The notes below the pieces were generated by a model, which did not search any database, was not told where the DNA came from, and saw nothing but the letters and a program-made list of their open reading frames with translations. A stretch of 64,000 bases of DNA from Nemertoderma westbladi. Taxonomy: Eukaryota > Animalia > Xenacoelomorpha. Of the stretch, positions 1 through 13,100 are shown piece by piece (the stretch's first letter is position 1; the number at the start of each line of letters is the position of its first letter). A program made the position numbers and the translations under genes. Where the stretch lies: positions 168,144-232,143 of the forward strand of contig JAUCBJ010006329.1 of assembly GCA_032718475.1 (NCBI GenBank). The letters run 5' to 3'.

Positions 1-2
1 AG

Positions 3-845
3 TCAGTTGATAATCAATTACGCAGTCTAGAATCACGTTTAATGTCTCAACTTAACAGAATTTCATGTCCATTTCCTCCACAGCCAGTGGTCTCTGTCCC
101 TTCTGTGTCCGCGATCCCAGTAGGTATCGGGAGGCCTGTCCCGACCGCTACCGGTATGCCTTCGATGACATTGGCCCAACCACCGTCACTAAACAGGCAG
201 TTATACAGTAGCTCTGTAACGTCCGGGCAGTCCAATCATCCGCCCAATGCTCCTACCGGTACATTGAATAGAATTAATTTGTCTCGACGACCATCGCTTA
301 CTGCAGTATCGACACCTGGTCGGTCCGGTAGCGCCAAGCGACCACGGGTCGAGTCTGATCCAGCGGAGTTAGACGAGGGTTACACGCTCGTGGAAAATCG
401 ACGTCGGCGTCGACAACCGTTCGTGGTTGGGACCGCCAACGCTGGGGGTGGCAACGGAGGGGCTGGTAGCTCCAGGCTATCAGCAGCGCCATGCGACATC
501 TTCATGTTTAGGTGTACTCATTCAACCACGCCTGAGGATATTGTTTCGTGGTTGTCAAGCCGCAACATTGCAATTGCAGGTGCGGATGTGCAACTTAAAT
601 CGAGTTCGCTCGCTCGCACTGCCAGTTTTAAGATTACGGTTAAACAGAACGACCTAGAAGCGGCCCTCAACCCTACAACGTGGCCTGTGGGTGTCTGCGT
701 TCGTCGGTGGCGCTATTCCTCCAACAACGATGCGGGGCGCCCAGCGGGAGGTAACTTCAGACCTACTAACTCAACTGAAACTGTCAGGGGCGTGAATAAT
801 ATCACCGGGGGCGGAGCAGGATCAGTTGCCGACCGTGGGTCGTGA
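3..845 (+). CDS. LINE ORF1 protein, C-terminal part (frame open from window start)
   Basis: Frame is open upstream of ATG42 (SVDNQLRSLESRLM). P/S-rich linker and basic stretch (VENRRRRRQ) precede a C-terminal RRM-like block DIFMFRC..TTPEDI..SFKITV..LNPTTWPVGVCVRRW typical of LINE ORF1 proteins. Confidence 0.8.
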   Translation, partial: SVDNQLRSLESRLMSQLNRISCPFPPQPVVSVPSVSAIPVGIGRPVPTATGMPSMTLAQPPSLNRQLYSSSVTSGQSNHPPNAPTGTLNRINLSRRPSLTAVSTPGRSGSAKRPRVESDPAELDEGYTLVENRRRRRQPFVVGTANAGGGNGGAGSSRLSAAPCDIFMFRCTHSTTPEDIVSWLSSRNIAIAGADVQLKSSSLARTASFKITVKQNDLEAALNPTTWPVGVCVRRWRYSSNNDAGRPAGGNFRPTNSTETVRGVNNITGGGAGSVADRGS

Positions 846-922
846 GTCGGGGCGTTTAATTTTGTTTCATAATTATTTATATTGGATTTGTTTATGTGTT
901 TCTTTAAATATTCTTATTTGAA

Positions 923-3900
923 ATGGCTATCCTAAATAACACCACAATAGGAAATTTTTGTATTTCCTCTATTAACTCGACAGGATTTGCATTAGATAAA
1001 ATTGAGTTTATTAAATCTCTTCTGCTCGGTTGCCAAATAGTTTGTATACAAGAACATTTTTTGTTGGAGCATGGATCTTTAATTTTTAAGCGGAATTTTC
1101 CGGATTGTGATTTTGCGTTTTTACCTGCAGTGCACGTATCAAACACAACTAGAGGTCGACCTAGTGGCGGTTTATGTATTCTTTGGAATAAGAATATCTC
1201 AAAGTTTGTATCTGTTGTCAAAACAAACAATTCACGTTTGCAAGCTGTTTCGGTTAAATTACCTAATTGTTCATTTTTATTATTAAATACGTATTTTCCT
1301 ACTGACTTTCAGTCTGCGACTTTTTTGCCGGAAGTTACAGTAAATTTAATTTCCGACATTAAGCAATTATTCGATAATACAGCTAATTCTAATAATATTA
1401 TATGGACTGGAGATATTAATGCTGATTTTACACGTAGTACTGTTCATGTCCGGGCAGTTCAGGACTGCCTGGAATATTTAGGACTGCATCGTTTATGGGA
1501 CCTGTATACGGTAGACTCTACTTATACTCATTGTGTTGATAATCGTTTATATCATTCCACAATTGATCATTTTTTCATTTCAGACATAATTGCTGATTCT
1601 TGTATAGAAGGTGGCGTTTTACATTCAGGTGCAAATCTGTCAAATCACAGCCCGATTTTTATGAAATTTTTAGCATCAGCACCAGCTAATACATTGGACA
1701 GAGAGAATTTTCCTTTGAAACATAATTTTACACGGGCCGACGCTGAACAGAAAAATGAATTTGTAACTATTTTAAATGACAAATTATCCAACATTGATAT
1801 GTTTCAAGAGTGCCATATTTGCAGTGATGTATTTTGTGTAGATCCAACGCATTTATTATATATTGAATCGTATGCTTTGAAGTTATTAGATAGTGTAGAG
1901 GAGGCGTGTCATATCCTTCCTAGTGTTGGGGGTAAAAATGTCAGTAGTTCAAAAAATGAAGTGTTACCTGGTTGGAATGACACGGTTAAACCGTATAGAG
2001 ATGATGCTATTTTCTGGCATCAGAGCTGGTGCAATGCTGGTCGTCCCTCTGCATCACAAAGTTCATTATTTAATATACGGTGCAGATCAAGAGCGCAGTA
2101 TAAATATGCAGTTAGGCGGTTACGACGTAATACAGATACTATAAAACGTGATAAATTGTTATCGGCTGCCCTTCGGGGGAACACGGACTTATTTAAGGAA
2201 CTGCGTAATCTTAGATGTAACTCTGACAGGGTGAGCGGATCGATTAATGGGGAAACTGACAAACCTATTATTGCTGAGAAATTCGCAGAAATATATAAAA
2301 AGTTATATAATCAAAATTACAATTCCGATATTGAAGATGTACTCAGTGAAGTTCGCGATGTTATAGCGAATAGCCCAGGAATTCTTTCTGAACATTTTTT
2401 ATCGCCAGACATTATTCATGATGCGCTTCAGCGATTGAAGTCTGGGAAAACAGATGTTAGTCAGTCATTTGACTCCGGTTGCTTGATATCGGGCGGTCCT
2501 GTACTCGAGGAGCATATCAGTCGTTTATTTAATCTCTGTATTGCACATGGTATGGTTCCACGTACGCTACTATCCATCTCAATTGTTCCCTTGGTTAAAA
2601 ATAAGCTGGGCGATATTTCCGCCATTGATAATTATAGGGCAATCGCCATATCTTCGCTCTTGTTGAAAGTTTTCGAATGGGTCATCCTGATCACTCAGAA
2701 CAACCATTTGGCGCTAGACGACTTACAATTCGGATTTCAAAGTAATTCAAGCACTGTGTTCTGCTCATGGGCGGCTACAGAAGTAATAGGATATTATCAA
2801 CGTCATTTGACACCAGTTTTTGGGTGTCTCCTTGACCTTACTAAGGCCTTCGACCTTGTTGAGTGGGCTAAGCTCTTCCTGGAACTCCTTCGTAAGGGTT
2901 TTTCTGCGTTATTACTGCGTTGTTTAATATGGGTTTATACATATCAGTTGTGTTCTGTTCGCTGGCAAGATGCGAATTCGTCCCAATTTTCTGTTAGTAA
3001 CGGCGTTAGACAAGGTTCTGTAATCTCGCCCATCTTGTTCTGCGTTGTCCTCAATATACTTATTGAAACTCTCAGGGCTGCCGGAGTCGGTTGTCATATT
3101 GGTTCGGTTTTTTATGGAGTGCTAGTTTACGCGGATGACATTTTGCTTCTTAATCCATCGGTGGTAGGTTTACAATTTATGGTAAATATATGTCTTACGT
3201 TCTGTCGTCGTTACAATCTTCGCCTCAGCACAGACATAGATCCGAATAAAAGTAAATCAAAATGTATACCTTTCAATGTTGTCTGGAATCCTCCCAACGT
3301 TAAAATTGTTGTTAATGGTCTATACCTACCTTGGGTTCGTGAGGCGCGCCATCTTGGGAATACTATCGACTTCAAATGTTCAATGTCCATCGATATAAAT
3401 AGAAAGCGTGGCGAATTCTTTGGGAAGCTGGCTAATCTGAGACAGGAATTTAGTTTCGCTTCGCCAGGTGTCTTATCCCGTGTGCAACGTCTGTACTGTA
3501 TGAATTTTTATGGGAGCCCACTGTGGGACTTGTGGTCACCGCAATGCACTCAAGTACTTACTACATGGAATAAAAATATTAGGCGGGTTTGGGGATTACC
3601 GTTTAATTCTCACCGTTTCATTGTTGAGAATATAGTAGATTTTTGTCATCCTTGGGTTATGCTTTGTAAACAATTCGTATCTTTTACATTGAGTTTACGT
3701 GCTTCTAATAAATTGTGCATTCGCTTATTAGCTAATCTAACGGAATTTGATTGTAGAACGAGAACTGGGTTAAATCTAAGGCGCATTGCCAATGTTTGTA
3801 ATATTGATAATTTATTTAACCTAAATGCTAAATGTGTTTCGTCTGTGTTGGTATATTCTAGAACTTCTAGTGATAACTTGTGGCGAATTGGTGTATGTAA

Positions 3901-3997
3901 GGATCTATGTAATGTACTCGCCGGAGATAATATGTCTGTTGAAGGCTTCTCCAGAGTAGAGTTACTTGATATAGTGAATTACGTCTCAACTTATTAA
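923..3997 (+). CDS. LINE ORF2: apurinic-like endonuclease + reverse transcriptase (1024 aa, uninterrupted)
   Basis: APE motifs IVCIQEH, RGRPSGG, NTYFP, WTGDINAD, TIDHFF, SNHSPI. RT motifs NYRAIAISS, QFGF, LLDLTKAFDLV, GVRQGSVISPILF, YADDILL, HLG. Confidence 0.97.
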   Translation: MAILNNTTIGNFCISSINSTGFALDKIEFIKSLLLGCQIVCIQEHFLLEHGSLIFKRNFPDCDFAFLPAVHVSNTTRGRPSGGLCILWNKNISKFVSVVKTNNSRLQAVSVKLPNCSFLLLNTYFPTDFQSATFLPEVTVNLISDIKQLFDNTANSNNIIWTGDINADFTRSTVHVRAVQDCLEYLGLHRLWDLYTVDSTYTHCVDNRLYHSTIDHFFISDIIADSCIEGGVLHSGANLSNHSPIFMKFLASAPANTLDRENFPLKHNFTRADAEQKNEFVTILNDKLSNIDMFQECHICSDVFCVDPTHLLYIESYALKLLDSVEEACHILPSVGGKNVSSSKNEVLPGWNDTVKPYRDDAIFWHQSWCNAGRPSASQSSLFNIRCRSRAQYKYAVRRLRRNTDTIKRDKLLSAALRGNTDLFKELRNLRCNSDRVSGSINGETDKPIIAEKFAEIYKKLYNQNYNSDIEDVLSEVRDVIANSPGILSEHFLSPDIIHDALQRLKSGKTDVSQSFDSGCLISGGPVLEEHISRLFNLCIAHGMVPRTLLSISIVPLVKNKLGDISAIDNYRAIAISSLLLKVFEWVILITQNNHLALDDLQFGFQSNSSTVFCSWAATEVIGYYQRHLTPVFGCLLDLTKAFDLVEWAKLFLELLRKGFSALLLRCLIWVYTYQLCSVRWQDANSSQFSVSNGVRQGSVISPILFCVVLNILIETLRAAGVGCHIGSVFYGVLVYADDILLLNPSVVGLQFMVNICLTFCRRYNLRLSTDIDPNKSKSKCIPFNVVWNPPNVKIVVNGLYLPWVREARHLGNTIDFKCSMSIDINRKRGEFFGKLANLRQEFSFASPGVLSRVQRLYCMNFYGSPLWDLWSPQCTQVLTTWNKNIRRVWGLPFNSHRFIVENIVDFCHPWVMLCKQFVSFTLSLRASNKLCIRLLANLTEFDCRTRTGLNLRRIANVCNIDNLFNLNAKCVSSVLVYSRTSSDNLWRIGVCKDLCNVLAGDNMSVEGFSRVELLDIVNYVSTY

Positions 3998-4146
3998 GCG
4001 TTAATCATTCCTCTTATTAATTTTAGTGGTATTATATTACTTACCTAATATAGACTTTTGTGCTAGGTTATATAACCATCATTACTTTCATTATTGGTGT
4101 ACTGTGCATTATTCATATATATATATTTGATTTGCCATGTACGAAT

Positions 4147-4162
4147 ATAAATAAATAAATAA
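4147..4162 (+). repeat. (ATAA)4 3' tail of LINE
   Basis: ataaataaataaataa directly before satellite sequence. Confidence 0.85.
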
Positions 4163-7100
4163 ATATTAACTTTGGCTCCAGCCGCTTTGGCAATACGATG
4201 AAACTATAATAAAAATTCTAGATCACAACAATATTAACAGGGAGATAGGCTACTTATCTCTTCACTCTGAGAGCCTCAAAAACGGGGTGTTCCTACGCAA
4301 TCAAATTTCATCCATCACCAGGGGAAAGACGAAGCCAATAACAGCTGATTACTTCTATAAATGTAAGTGCTACCTGTTCTTTTGACTTTCATTTAAGATT
4401 CTTTATCTTTTGGAGTGGGTTAGAAGTCATGAATATGAAGAACGATGTCGTTTTTTGTAAAAAATCTGAGGATAATTTGATAAATTATTGCTGAAAAACC
4501 CCAAGGATTTTGACATGGCTTTAATACTTCATTATGTTCATGAAATAGCTGAGAAATTTGAGGTGAGTTTTTGTATTACATATTAACTTCGGCTCCAGCC
4601 GCTTTGGCAATACGATGAAACTATAATAAATATTCTAGAACACAACAATATTAACAGGGAGATAGGCTACTTATCTCTTCACTCTGAGAGCCTCAAAAAC
4701 GGGGTGTTCCGACGCAATCAAATTTAATACATCTCCAGGGGAAAGACGAAGCAAAGAACAGCTGATTACTTCTATAAATGTAAGTGTTACCTGTTCTTTG
4801 GACTTTCATTTAAGATTCGCAACCTCATTGAGTGGGTTAGAAGTGATAAATATGAAGATCGATGTGGTTTTTGAAAAAAATCAAAGGATATTTTGGTAAA
4901 TTATTGCTGAAAAACCCCAAGGATTTTGACATGGCTTTAATACTCATTATATTCATGAAATAGCTGAGATATTTGAGGTGAATTATTGCATTACATATTA
5001 ACGTTGGCTCCAGCCGCTTTGGCAATACGATGAAACTATAATAAAAATTCTAGACACAACAATATTAACAGGGAGATAGGCTACTTATCTCTTCATTCTG
5101 AGAGCCTCAAAAAGTGGGTGTTCCGACGCAATCAAAATTCATCCATCTCCTGGGGAAAGACGAAGCAAATAACAGCTGATTACTTCTATAAAGGAAAGTG
5201 TTACCTGTTCTTATGACTTTCGTTTAAGATTCTCTATCTCGTGGAGTGGATTAGAAGTGATAAATATGAAAATCGATGTGGTTTTTGAAAAAAATCAGAG
5301 GATATTTTGATAAATTATTGCTGAAAAACCCCAAGGATTTTGACATGGCTTTAATACTCATTATATTCATGAAATAGCTGAGATATTTGAGGTGAATTAT
5401 TGCATTACATATTAACTTTGGCTCCAGCCGCTTTGGCAATACGATGAAACTATAATAAAAATTCTAGACCACAACAATATTAACAGGGAGATAGGCTACT
5501 TATCTCTTCATTCTGAGAGCCTCAAAAAGGGGGTGTTCCGACGCAATCAAAATTCATCCATCTCCTGGGGAAAGACGAAGCAAATAACAGCTGATTACTT
5601 CTATAAAGGAAAGTGTTACCTGTTCTTATGACTTTCGTTTAAGATTCTCTATCTCGTGGAGTGGATTAGAAGTGATAAATATGAAAATCGATGTGGTTTT
5701 TAAAAAAATCAGAGGATATTTTGACAAATTATTGCTGAAAAACCCCAAGGATTTTGACATGGCTTTAATACTCATTATATTCATGAAATAGCTGAGATAT
5801 TTGAGGTGAATTATTGCATTACATATTAACTTTGGCTCCAGCCGCTATGGCAATACGATGAAACTATAATAAAAATTCTAGACCACAACAATATTAAAAG
5901 GGAGATAGGCTACTTATCTCTTCATTCTGAGAGCCTCAAAAAGGGGGTGTTCCGACGCAATCAAAATTCATCCATCTCCTGGGGAAAGACGAAGCAAATA
6001 ACAGCTGATTACTTCTATAAAGGAAAGTGTTACCTGTTCTTATGACTTTCGTTTAAGATTGTCGATCTCTTGGATTGGGTTAGAAGTCATGAATATGATA
6101 ATCGATGTCGTTTTTAGTAAAAAATCAGAGGAGATTTTTATAAATTATTGCTGAAAAACACCAAGGATTTTGACAAGGATTTAATACTCATTATATTCAT
6201 GAAATAGCAGAGATATTTGAGGTGAATTATTGCATTACATATTAACTTTGGCTCCAGCCGCTTTGGCAATACGATGAAACTATAATAAATATTCTAGAAC
6301 ACAACAATATTAACAGGGAGATAGGCTACTCATCTCTTCACTCTGACAGCCTCAAAAAGAGGGTGTTCCGACGCAATCAAAATTAATCCATCTCCAGGGG
6401 AAAGACGAAGCAGAGAACAGCTGATTACTTCTATAAATGTAAGTGTTACCTGTTCTTTTGACTTTCATTTAAGATTCGCTATCTCATTGAGTGGGTTAGA
6501 AGTTATAAATATAAAAATCGATGTGGTTTTTGAAAAAAATCAAAGGATATTTTGATTAATTATTGCTGAAAAACACCAAGGATTTTGACATGGCTTTAAT
6601 ACTTCATTAGGTTCATGAAATAGCTGAGATATTTGAGGTGAATTATTGTATTACATATTAACTTTGGCTCCAGCCGCTTTGGCAATACGATGAAACTTTA
6701 ATAATATTCTAGAACACAACAATATTAACATGGAGATAGGCTATTTATCTCTCCACTCAGACAGCCACAGATAGGGAGGGGTGTTTTGACACAATCAAAA
6801 TTCAACCATCTCCAGGGGAAAGATGAAGCAAATAACAGCTGATTACTTCTATAAAGGAAAGTGTTACCTGTTCTTATGACTTTCGTTTAAGATTCTCTAT
6901 CTCATGGAGTGGATTAGAAGTGATAAATATGAAAATCGATGTGGTTTTTGAAAAAAATCAGAGGATATTTTGATAAATTATTGCTGAAAAACCCCAAGGA
7001 TTTTGACATGGCTTTAATACTCATTATATTCATGAAATAGCTGAGATATTTGAGGTGAATTATTGCGTTACATATTAACTTTGGCTCCAGCCGCTTTGGC

Positions 7101-10100
7101 AATACGATGAAACTATAATAAAAATTCTAGACCACAACAATATTAACAGGGAGATAGGCTACTTATCTCTTCATTCTGAGAGCCTCAAAAAGGGGGTGTT
7201 CCGACGCAATCAAAATTCATCCATCTCCTGGGGCAAGACGAAGCAAATAACAGCTGATTACTTCTATAAAGGAAAGTGTTACCTGTTCTTATGACTTTCG
7301 ATTAAGATTCTCTATCTCGTGGAGTGGATTAGAAGTGATAAATATGAAAATCGATGTGGTTTTTGAAAAAAATCAGAGGATATTTTGATAAATTATTGCT
7401 GAAAAACCCCAAGGATTTTGACATGGCTTTAATACTCATTATATTCATGAAATAGCTGAGATATTTGAGGTGAATTATTGCATTACATATTAACTTCGGC
7501 TCCAGCCGCTTTGGCAATACGATGAAACTATAATAAATATTCTAGAACACAACAATATTAACAGGGAGATAGGCTACTTATCTCTTCACTCTGAGAGCCT
7601 CAAAAACGGGGTGTTCCGACGCAATCAAATTTCATACATCTCCAGGGGAAAGACGAAGCAAAGAACAGCTGATTACTTCTATAAATGTAAGTGTTACTTG
7701 TTCTTTTGACTTTCATTTAAGATTCGCAACCTCATGGAATGGGTTAGAAGTTATAAATATGAAGATCGATGTGATTCTTGAAAAAAATCAAAGGATATTT
7801 TGATTAATTATCGCTGAAAAACACCAAGGATTTTGACATGGCTTTAATACTTCATTATGTTCATGAAATAGCTGAGAAATTTGAGGTGAATTGTTGCATT
7901 ATATATTAACTTCAGCTCCAGTCTCTTTGGCAATACGATGAAACTATAATAAATATTCTAGAACACAACAATATTAACAGGGAGATAGGATACTTATCTC
8001 TTCACTCTGAGAGCCTCAAAAAGGGGGTGTTCCGACGCAATCAAATTTCATACATATCCAGGGGAAAGACGAAGCAAAGAACAGCTGATTACTTCTATAA
8101 ATGTAAGTGTTACCTGTTCTTTTGACATTCATTTAAGATTCACTATCACATGGAGTGGGTTAGAAGTTATAAATATAAAAATCAATGTGGTTTTTGAAAA
8201 AAATCAAAGGATATTTTGATTAATTATTGCTGAAAAACCCCAAGGATTTTGACATGGCTTTAATACTTCATTATGTTCATGAAATAGCTGAGATACTTGA
8301 GGTGAATTGTTGCATTATATATTAACTTCAGCTCCAGTCTCTTTGGCAATACGATGAAACTATAATAAATATTCTAGAACACAACAATATTAACAGGGAG
8401 ATAGGATACTTATCTCACCACTCAGACAGCCACAGATAGGGAGGGGTGTTTTGACACAATCAAATTCAACCATCTCCAGGGGAAAGACGAAGCAAATAAC
8501 AGCTGATTACTTCTATAAATGTAAGTGTTACCTGTTTTTTGATTTTCATTTAAGATTCTCTATCTCGTGGAGTGGGATAGAAGTCATGAATATGAAAATC
8601 GATGTCGTTTTTTGTAAAAAATCAGAGGAGATTTTGATAAATTATTGCAGAAAAACACCAAGGATTTTGACATGGCTTTAATACTTCATTATGTTCATGA
8701 AATAGCTGAGAAATTTGAGGTGAATTATTGCATTATATATTAACTTCAGCTCCAGTCTCTTTGGCAATACGATGAAACTATAATAAATATTCTAGAACAT
8801 AACAATATTAACAGGGAGATAGGCTACTTATCTCTTCACTCTGAGAGCCTCAAAAAGGGGGTGTTCCGACGCAATCAAAATTCATCCATCTCCAGGGGAA
8901 AGACGAAGCCAATAACAGCTGATTACTTCTATAAATGTAAGTGCTACCTGTTCTTTTGACTTTCATTTAAGATTCTTTATCTTTTGGAGTGGGTTAGAAG
9001 TGATGAATATGAAGAACGATGTCGTTTTTTGTAAAAAATCTGAGGATATTTTGATAAATTATTGCTGAAAAACCCCAAGGATTTTGACATGGCTTTAATA
9101 CTTCATTATGTTCATGAAATAGCTGAGAAATTGTTGGTGAGTTTTTGTATTACATATTAACTTCGGCTCCAGCCGCTTTGGCAATACGATGAAACTATAA
9201 TAAATATTCTAGAACACAACAATATTAACAGGGAGATAGGCTACTTATCTCTTCACTCTGAGAGCCTCAAAAATGGGGTGTTCCGACGCAATCAAATTTA
9301 ATACATCTCCAGGGGAAAGACGAAACAAAGAACAGCTGATTACTTCTATAAATGTAAGTGTTACCTGTTCTTTTGACTTTCATTTAAGATTCTTTATCTT
9401 GTGGAGTGGGTTAGAAGTCATGAATAAGAAAATCGATTTAGTTTTTTGTAAAAAATCTGAGGATATTTTGATAAATTATTGCTGAAAACCCCCAAGGATT
9501 TTGACATGGCTTTAATACTCATAATATTCATGAAATAGCTGAGAAATTTGAGGTGAATTATTGTATCACATATTAATTTCGGCTCCAGCCGCTTTGGCAA
9601 TACGATGAAACTATAATAAATAATTCTACAACAGAACAATATTAACAGGGAAATAGGCTACTCATCTCTTCACTCTGACAGCCTCAAAAAGGGGGTGTTC
9701 CGACGCAATCAAAATTCATCCATCTCCAGGGGAATGACGAAGCAAAGAACAGCTGATTACTTCTATAAATGTAAGTGTTACCTGTTCTTTTGACTTTCAT
9801 TTAAGATTCGCTATCTCGTGGAGTGGATTAGAAGTTATAAATATGAAAATCGATGTGGTTTTTGAAAAAATCAGAGGATATTTTGATAAATTATTGCTGA
9901 AAAACCCCAAGGATTTTGACATGGCTTTAATACTTCATTATATTCATGAAATAGCTGAGATATTTGAGGTGAATTATTGTATCACATATTAACTTCGGCT
10001 CCAGGCGCTTTGGCAATACGATGAAACTATAATATATATTCTAGAACACAACAATACTAACAGGGAGATAGGCTACTTATCTCTTCACTATGAGAGCCTC

Positions 10101-13100
10101 AAAAAGGGGGTGTTCCGACGCAATCAAAATTCATCCATCTCCAGGGGAAAGACGAAGCAAATAACAGCTGATTACTTCTATAAATGTAAGTGTTACCTGT
10201 TTTTTGATTTTCATTTAAGATTCTCTATCTCGTGGAGTGGGATAGAAGTCATGAATATGAAAATCGATGTCGTTTTTTGTAAAAAATCAGAGGAGATTTT
10301 GATAAATTATTGCAGAAAAACACCAAGGATTTTGACATGGCTTTAATACTTCATTATGTTCATGAAATAGCTGAGATATTTGAGGTGAATTATTGCGTTA
10401 CATATTAACTTTGGCTCCAGCCGCTTTGGCAATACGATGAAACTATAATAAAAATTCTAGATCACAACAATATTAACAGGGAGATAGGCTACTTATCTCT
10501 TCACTCTGAGAGCCTCAAAAACGGGGTGTTCCTACGCAATCAAATTTCATCCATCTCCAGGGGAAAGACGAAGCCAATAACAGCTGATTACTTCTATAAA
10601 TGTAAGTGCTACCTGTTCTTTTGACTTTCATTTAAGATTCTTTATATTTTGGAGTGGGTTAGAAGTCATGAATATGAAGAACGATGTCGTTTTTTGTAAA
10701 AAATCTGAGGATAATTTGATAAATTATTGCTGAAAAACCCCAAGGATTTTGACATGGCTTTAATACTTCATTATGTTCATGAAATAGCTGAGAAATTTGA
10801 GGTGAGTTTTTGTATTACATATTAACTTCGGCTCCAGCCGCTTTGGCAATACGATGAAACTATAATAAATATTCTAGAACACAACAATATTAACAGGGAG
10901 ATAGGCTACTTATCTCTTCACTCTGAGAGCCTCAAAAACGGGGTGTTCCGACGCAATCAAATTTAATACATCTCCAGGGGAAAGACGAAGCAAAGAACAG
11001 CTGATTACTTCTATAAATGTAAGTGTTACCTGTTCTTTTGACTTTCATTTAAGATTCGCAACCTCATTGAGCGGGTTAGAAGTGATAAATATGAAGATCG
11101 ATGTGGTTTTTGAAAAAAATCAAAGGATATTTTGGTAAATTATTGCTGAAAAACCCCAAGGATTTTGACATGGCTTTAATACTCATTATATTCATGAAAT
11201 AGCTGAGATATTTGAGGTGAATTATTGCATTACATATTAACTTTGGCTCCAGCCGCTTTGGCAATACGATGAAACTATAATAAAAATTCTAGACACAACA
11301 ATATTAACAGGGAGATAGGCTACTTATCTCTTCACTCTGAGAGCCTCAAAAATGGGGTGTTCCGACGCAATCAAATTTAATACATCTCCAGGGGAAAGAC
11401 GAAGCAAAGAACAGCTGATTACTTCTATAAATGTAAGTGTTACCTGTTCTTTTGACTTTCATTTAAGATTCTTTATCTTGTGGAGTGGGTTAGAAGTCAT
11501 GAATAAGAAAATCGATTTAGTTTTTTGTAAAAAATCTGAGGATATTTTGATAAATTATTGCTGAAAACCCCCAAGGATTTTGACATGGCTTTAATACTCA
11601 TAATATTCATGAAATAGCTGAGAAATTTGAGGTGAATTATTGTATCACATATTAATTTCGGCTCCAGCCGCTTTGGCAATACGATGAAACTATAATAAAT
11701 AATTCTACAACAGAACAATATTAACAGGGAAATAGGCTACTCATCTCTTCACTCTGACAGCCTCAAAAAGGGGGTGTTCCGACGCAATCAAAATTCGGGG
11801 AATGACGAAGCAAAGAACAGCTGATTACTTCTATAAATGTAAGTGTTACCTGTTCTTTTGACTTTCATTTAAGATTCGCTATCTCGTGGAGAGGATTAGA
11901 AGTTATAAATATGAAAATCGATGTGGTTTTTGAAAAAAATAAGAGGATATTTTGATAAATTATTGCTGAAAAACCCCAAGGATTTTGACATGGCTTTAAT
12001 ACTTCATTATATTCATGAAATAGCTGAGATATTTGAGGTGAATCATTGTATCACATATTAACTTCGGCTCCAGGCGCTTTGGCAATACGATGAAACTATA
12101 ATATATATTCTAGAACACAACAATACTAACAGGGAGATAGGCTACTTATCTCTTCACTATGAGAGCCTCAAAAAGGGGTGTTCCGACGCAATCAAAATTC
12201 ATCCATCTCCAGGGGAAAGACGAAGCAAATAATAGCTGATTACTTCTATAAATGTAAGTGTTACATGTTCTTTTGACTTTCATTTAAGATTCTTTACCTT
12301 GTGGAGTGGGTTAGAAGTCATGAATAAGAAAATCGATTTCGTTTTTTGTAAAAAATCTGAGGATATTTTGATAAATAATTGCTGAAAAACCCAAAGGATT
12401 TTGACATGGCTTTAATACTCATTATATTCATGAAATAGCTGAGATATTTGAGGTGAATTATTGCGTTACATATTAACTTTGGCTCCAGCCGCTTTGGCAA
12501 TACGATGAAACTATAATAAAAATTCTAGATCACAACAATATTAACAGGGAGATAGGCTACTTATCTCTTCACTCTGAGAGCCTCAAAAACGGGGTGTTCC
12601 TACGCAATCAAATTTCATCCATCTCCAGGGGAAAGACGAAGCCAATAACAGCTGATTACTTCTATAAATGTAAGTGCTACCTGTTCTTTTGACTTTCATT
12701 TAAGATTCTTTATCTTTTGGAGTGGGTTAGAAGTCATGAATATGAAGAACGATGTCGTTTTTTGTAAAAAATCTGAGGATAATTTGATAAATTATTGCTG
12801 AAAAACCCCAAGGATTTTGACATGGCTTTAATACTTCATTATGTTCATGAAATAGCTGAGAAATTTGAGGTGAGTTTTTGTATTACATATTAACTTCGGC
12901 TCCAGCCGCTTTGGCAATACGATGAAACTATAATAAATATTCTAGAACACAACAATATTAACAGGGAGATAGGCTACTTATCTCTTCACTCTGAGAGCCT
13001 CAAAAACGGGGTGTTCCGACGCAATCAAATTTAATACATCTCCAGGGGAAAGACGAAGCAAAGAACAGCTGATTACTTCTATAAATGTAAGTGTTACCTG

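Larger units (their letters stand above)
1..4162 (+). mobile_element. Non-LTR retrotransposon (LINE, APE-RT type; clade unresolved, e.g. L2/Daphne/RTEX-like); 5' end outside window
   Basis: ORF1 end, 77-bp AT-rich spacer, intact 1024-aa APE+RT ORF2, ~165-bp 3'UTR ending in (ATAA)4 that abuts satellite sequence ATATTAACTTTGGCTCC at 4163. Confidence 0.95.

Noticed and set aside
47-2262. Short ORFs overlapping LINE ORF1/ORF2
   Set aside because: They are alternative-frame or antisense by-products of the two real ORFs.
4695-4720. CENP-B box near AAAACGGGGTGTTCCGACG
   Set aside because: It does not fit TTCG-N4-A-N2-CGGG on either strand.
4725-4790. Splice-like signals in the monomer (CATCTCCAG|G...AAAT|GTAAGT; GAG|GTGAGT) suggesting a repeated exon array
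   Set aside because: The putative exon is 41 nt (not frame-preserving), and the donor is lost in many monomers (GAAAGT); no transcript evidence is available.
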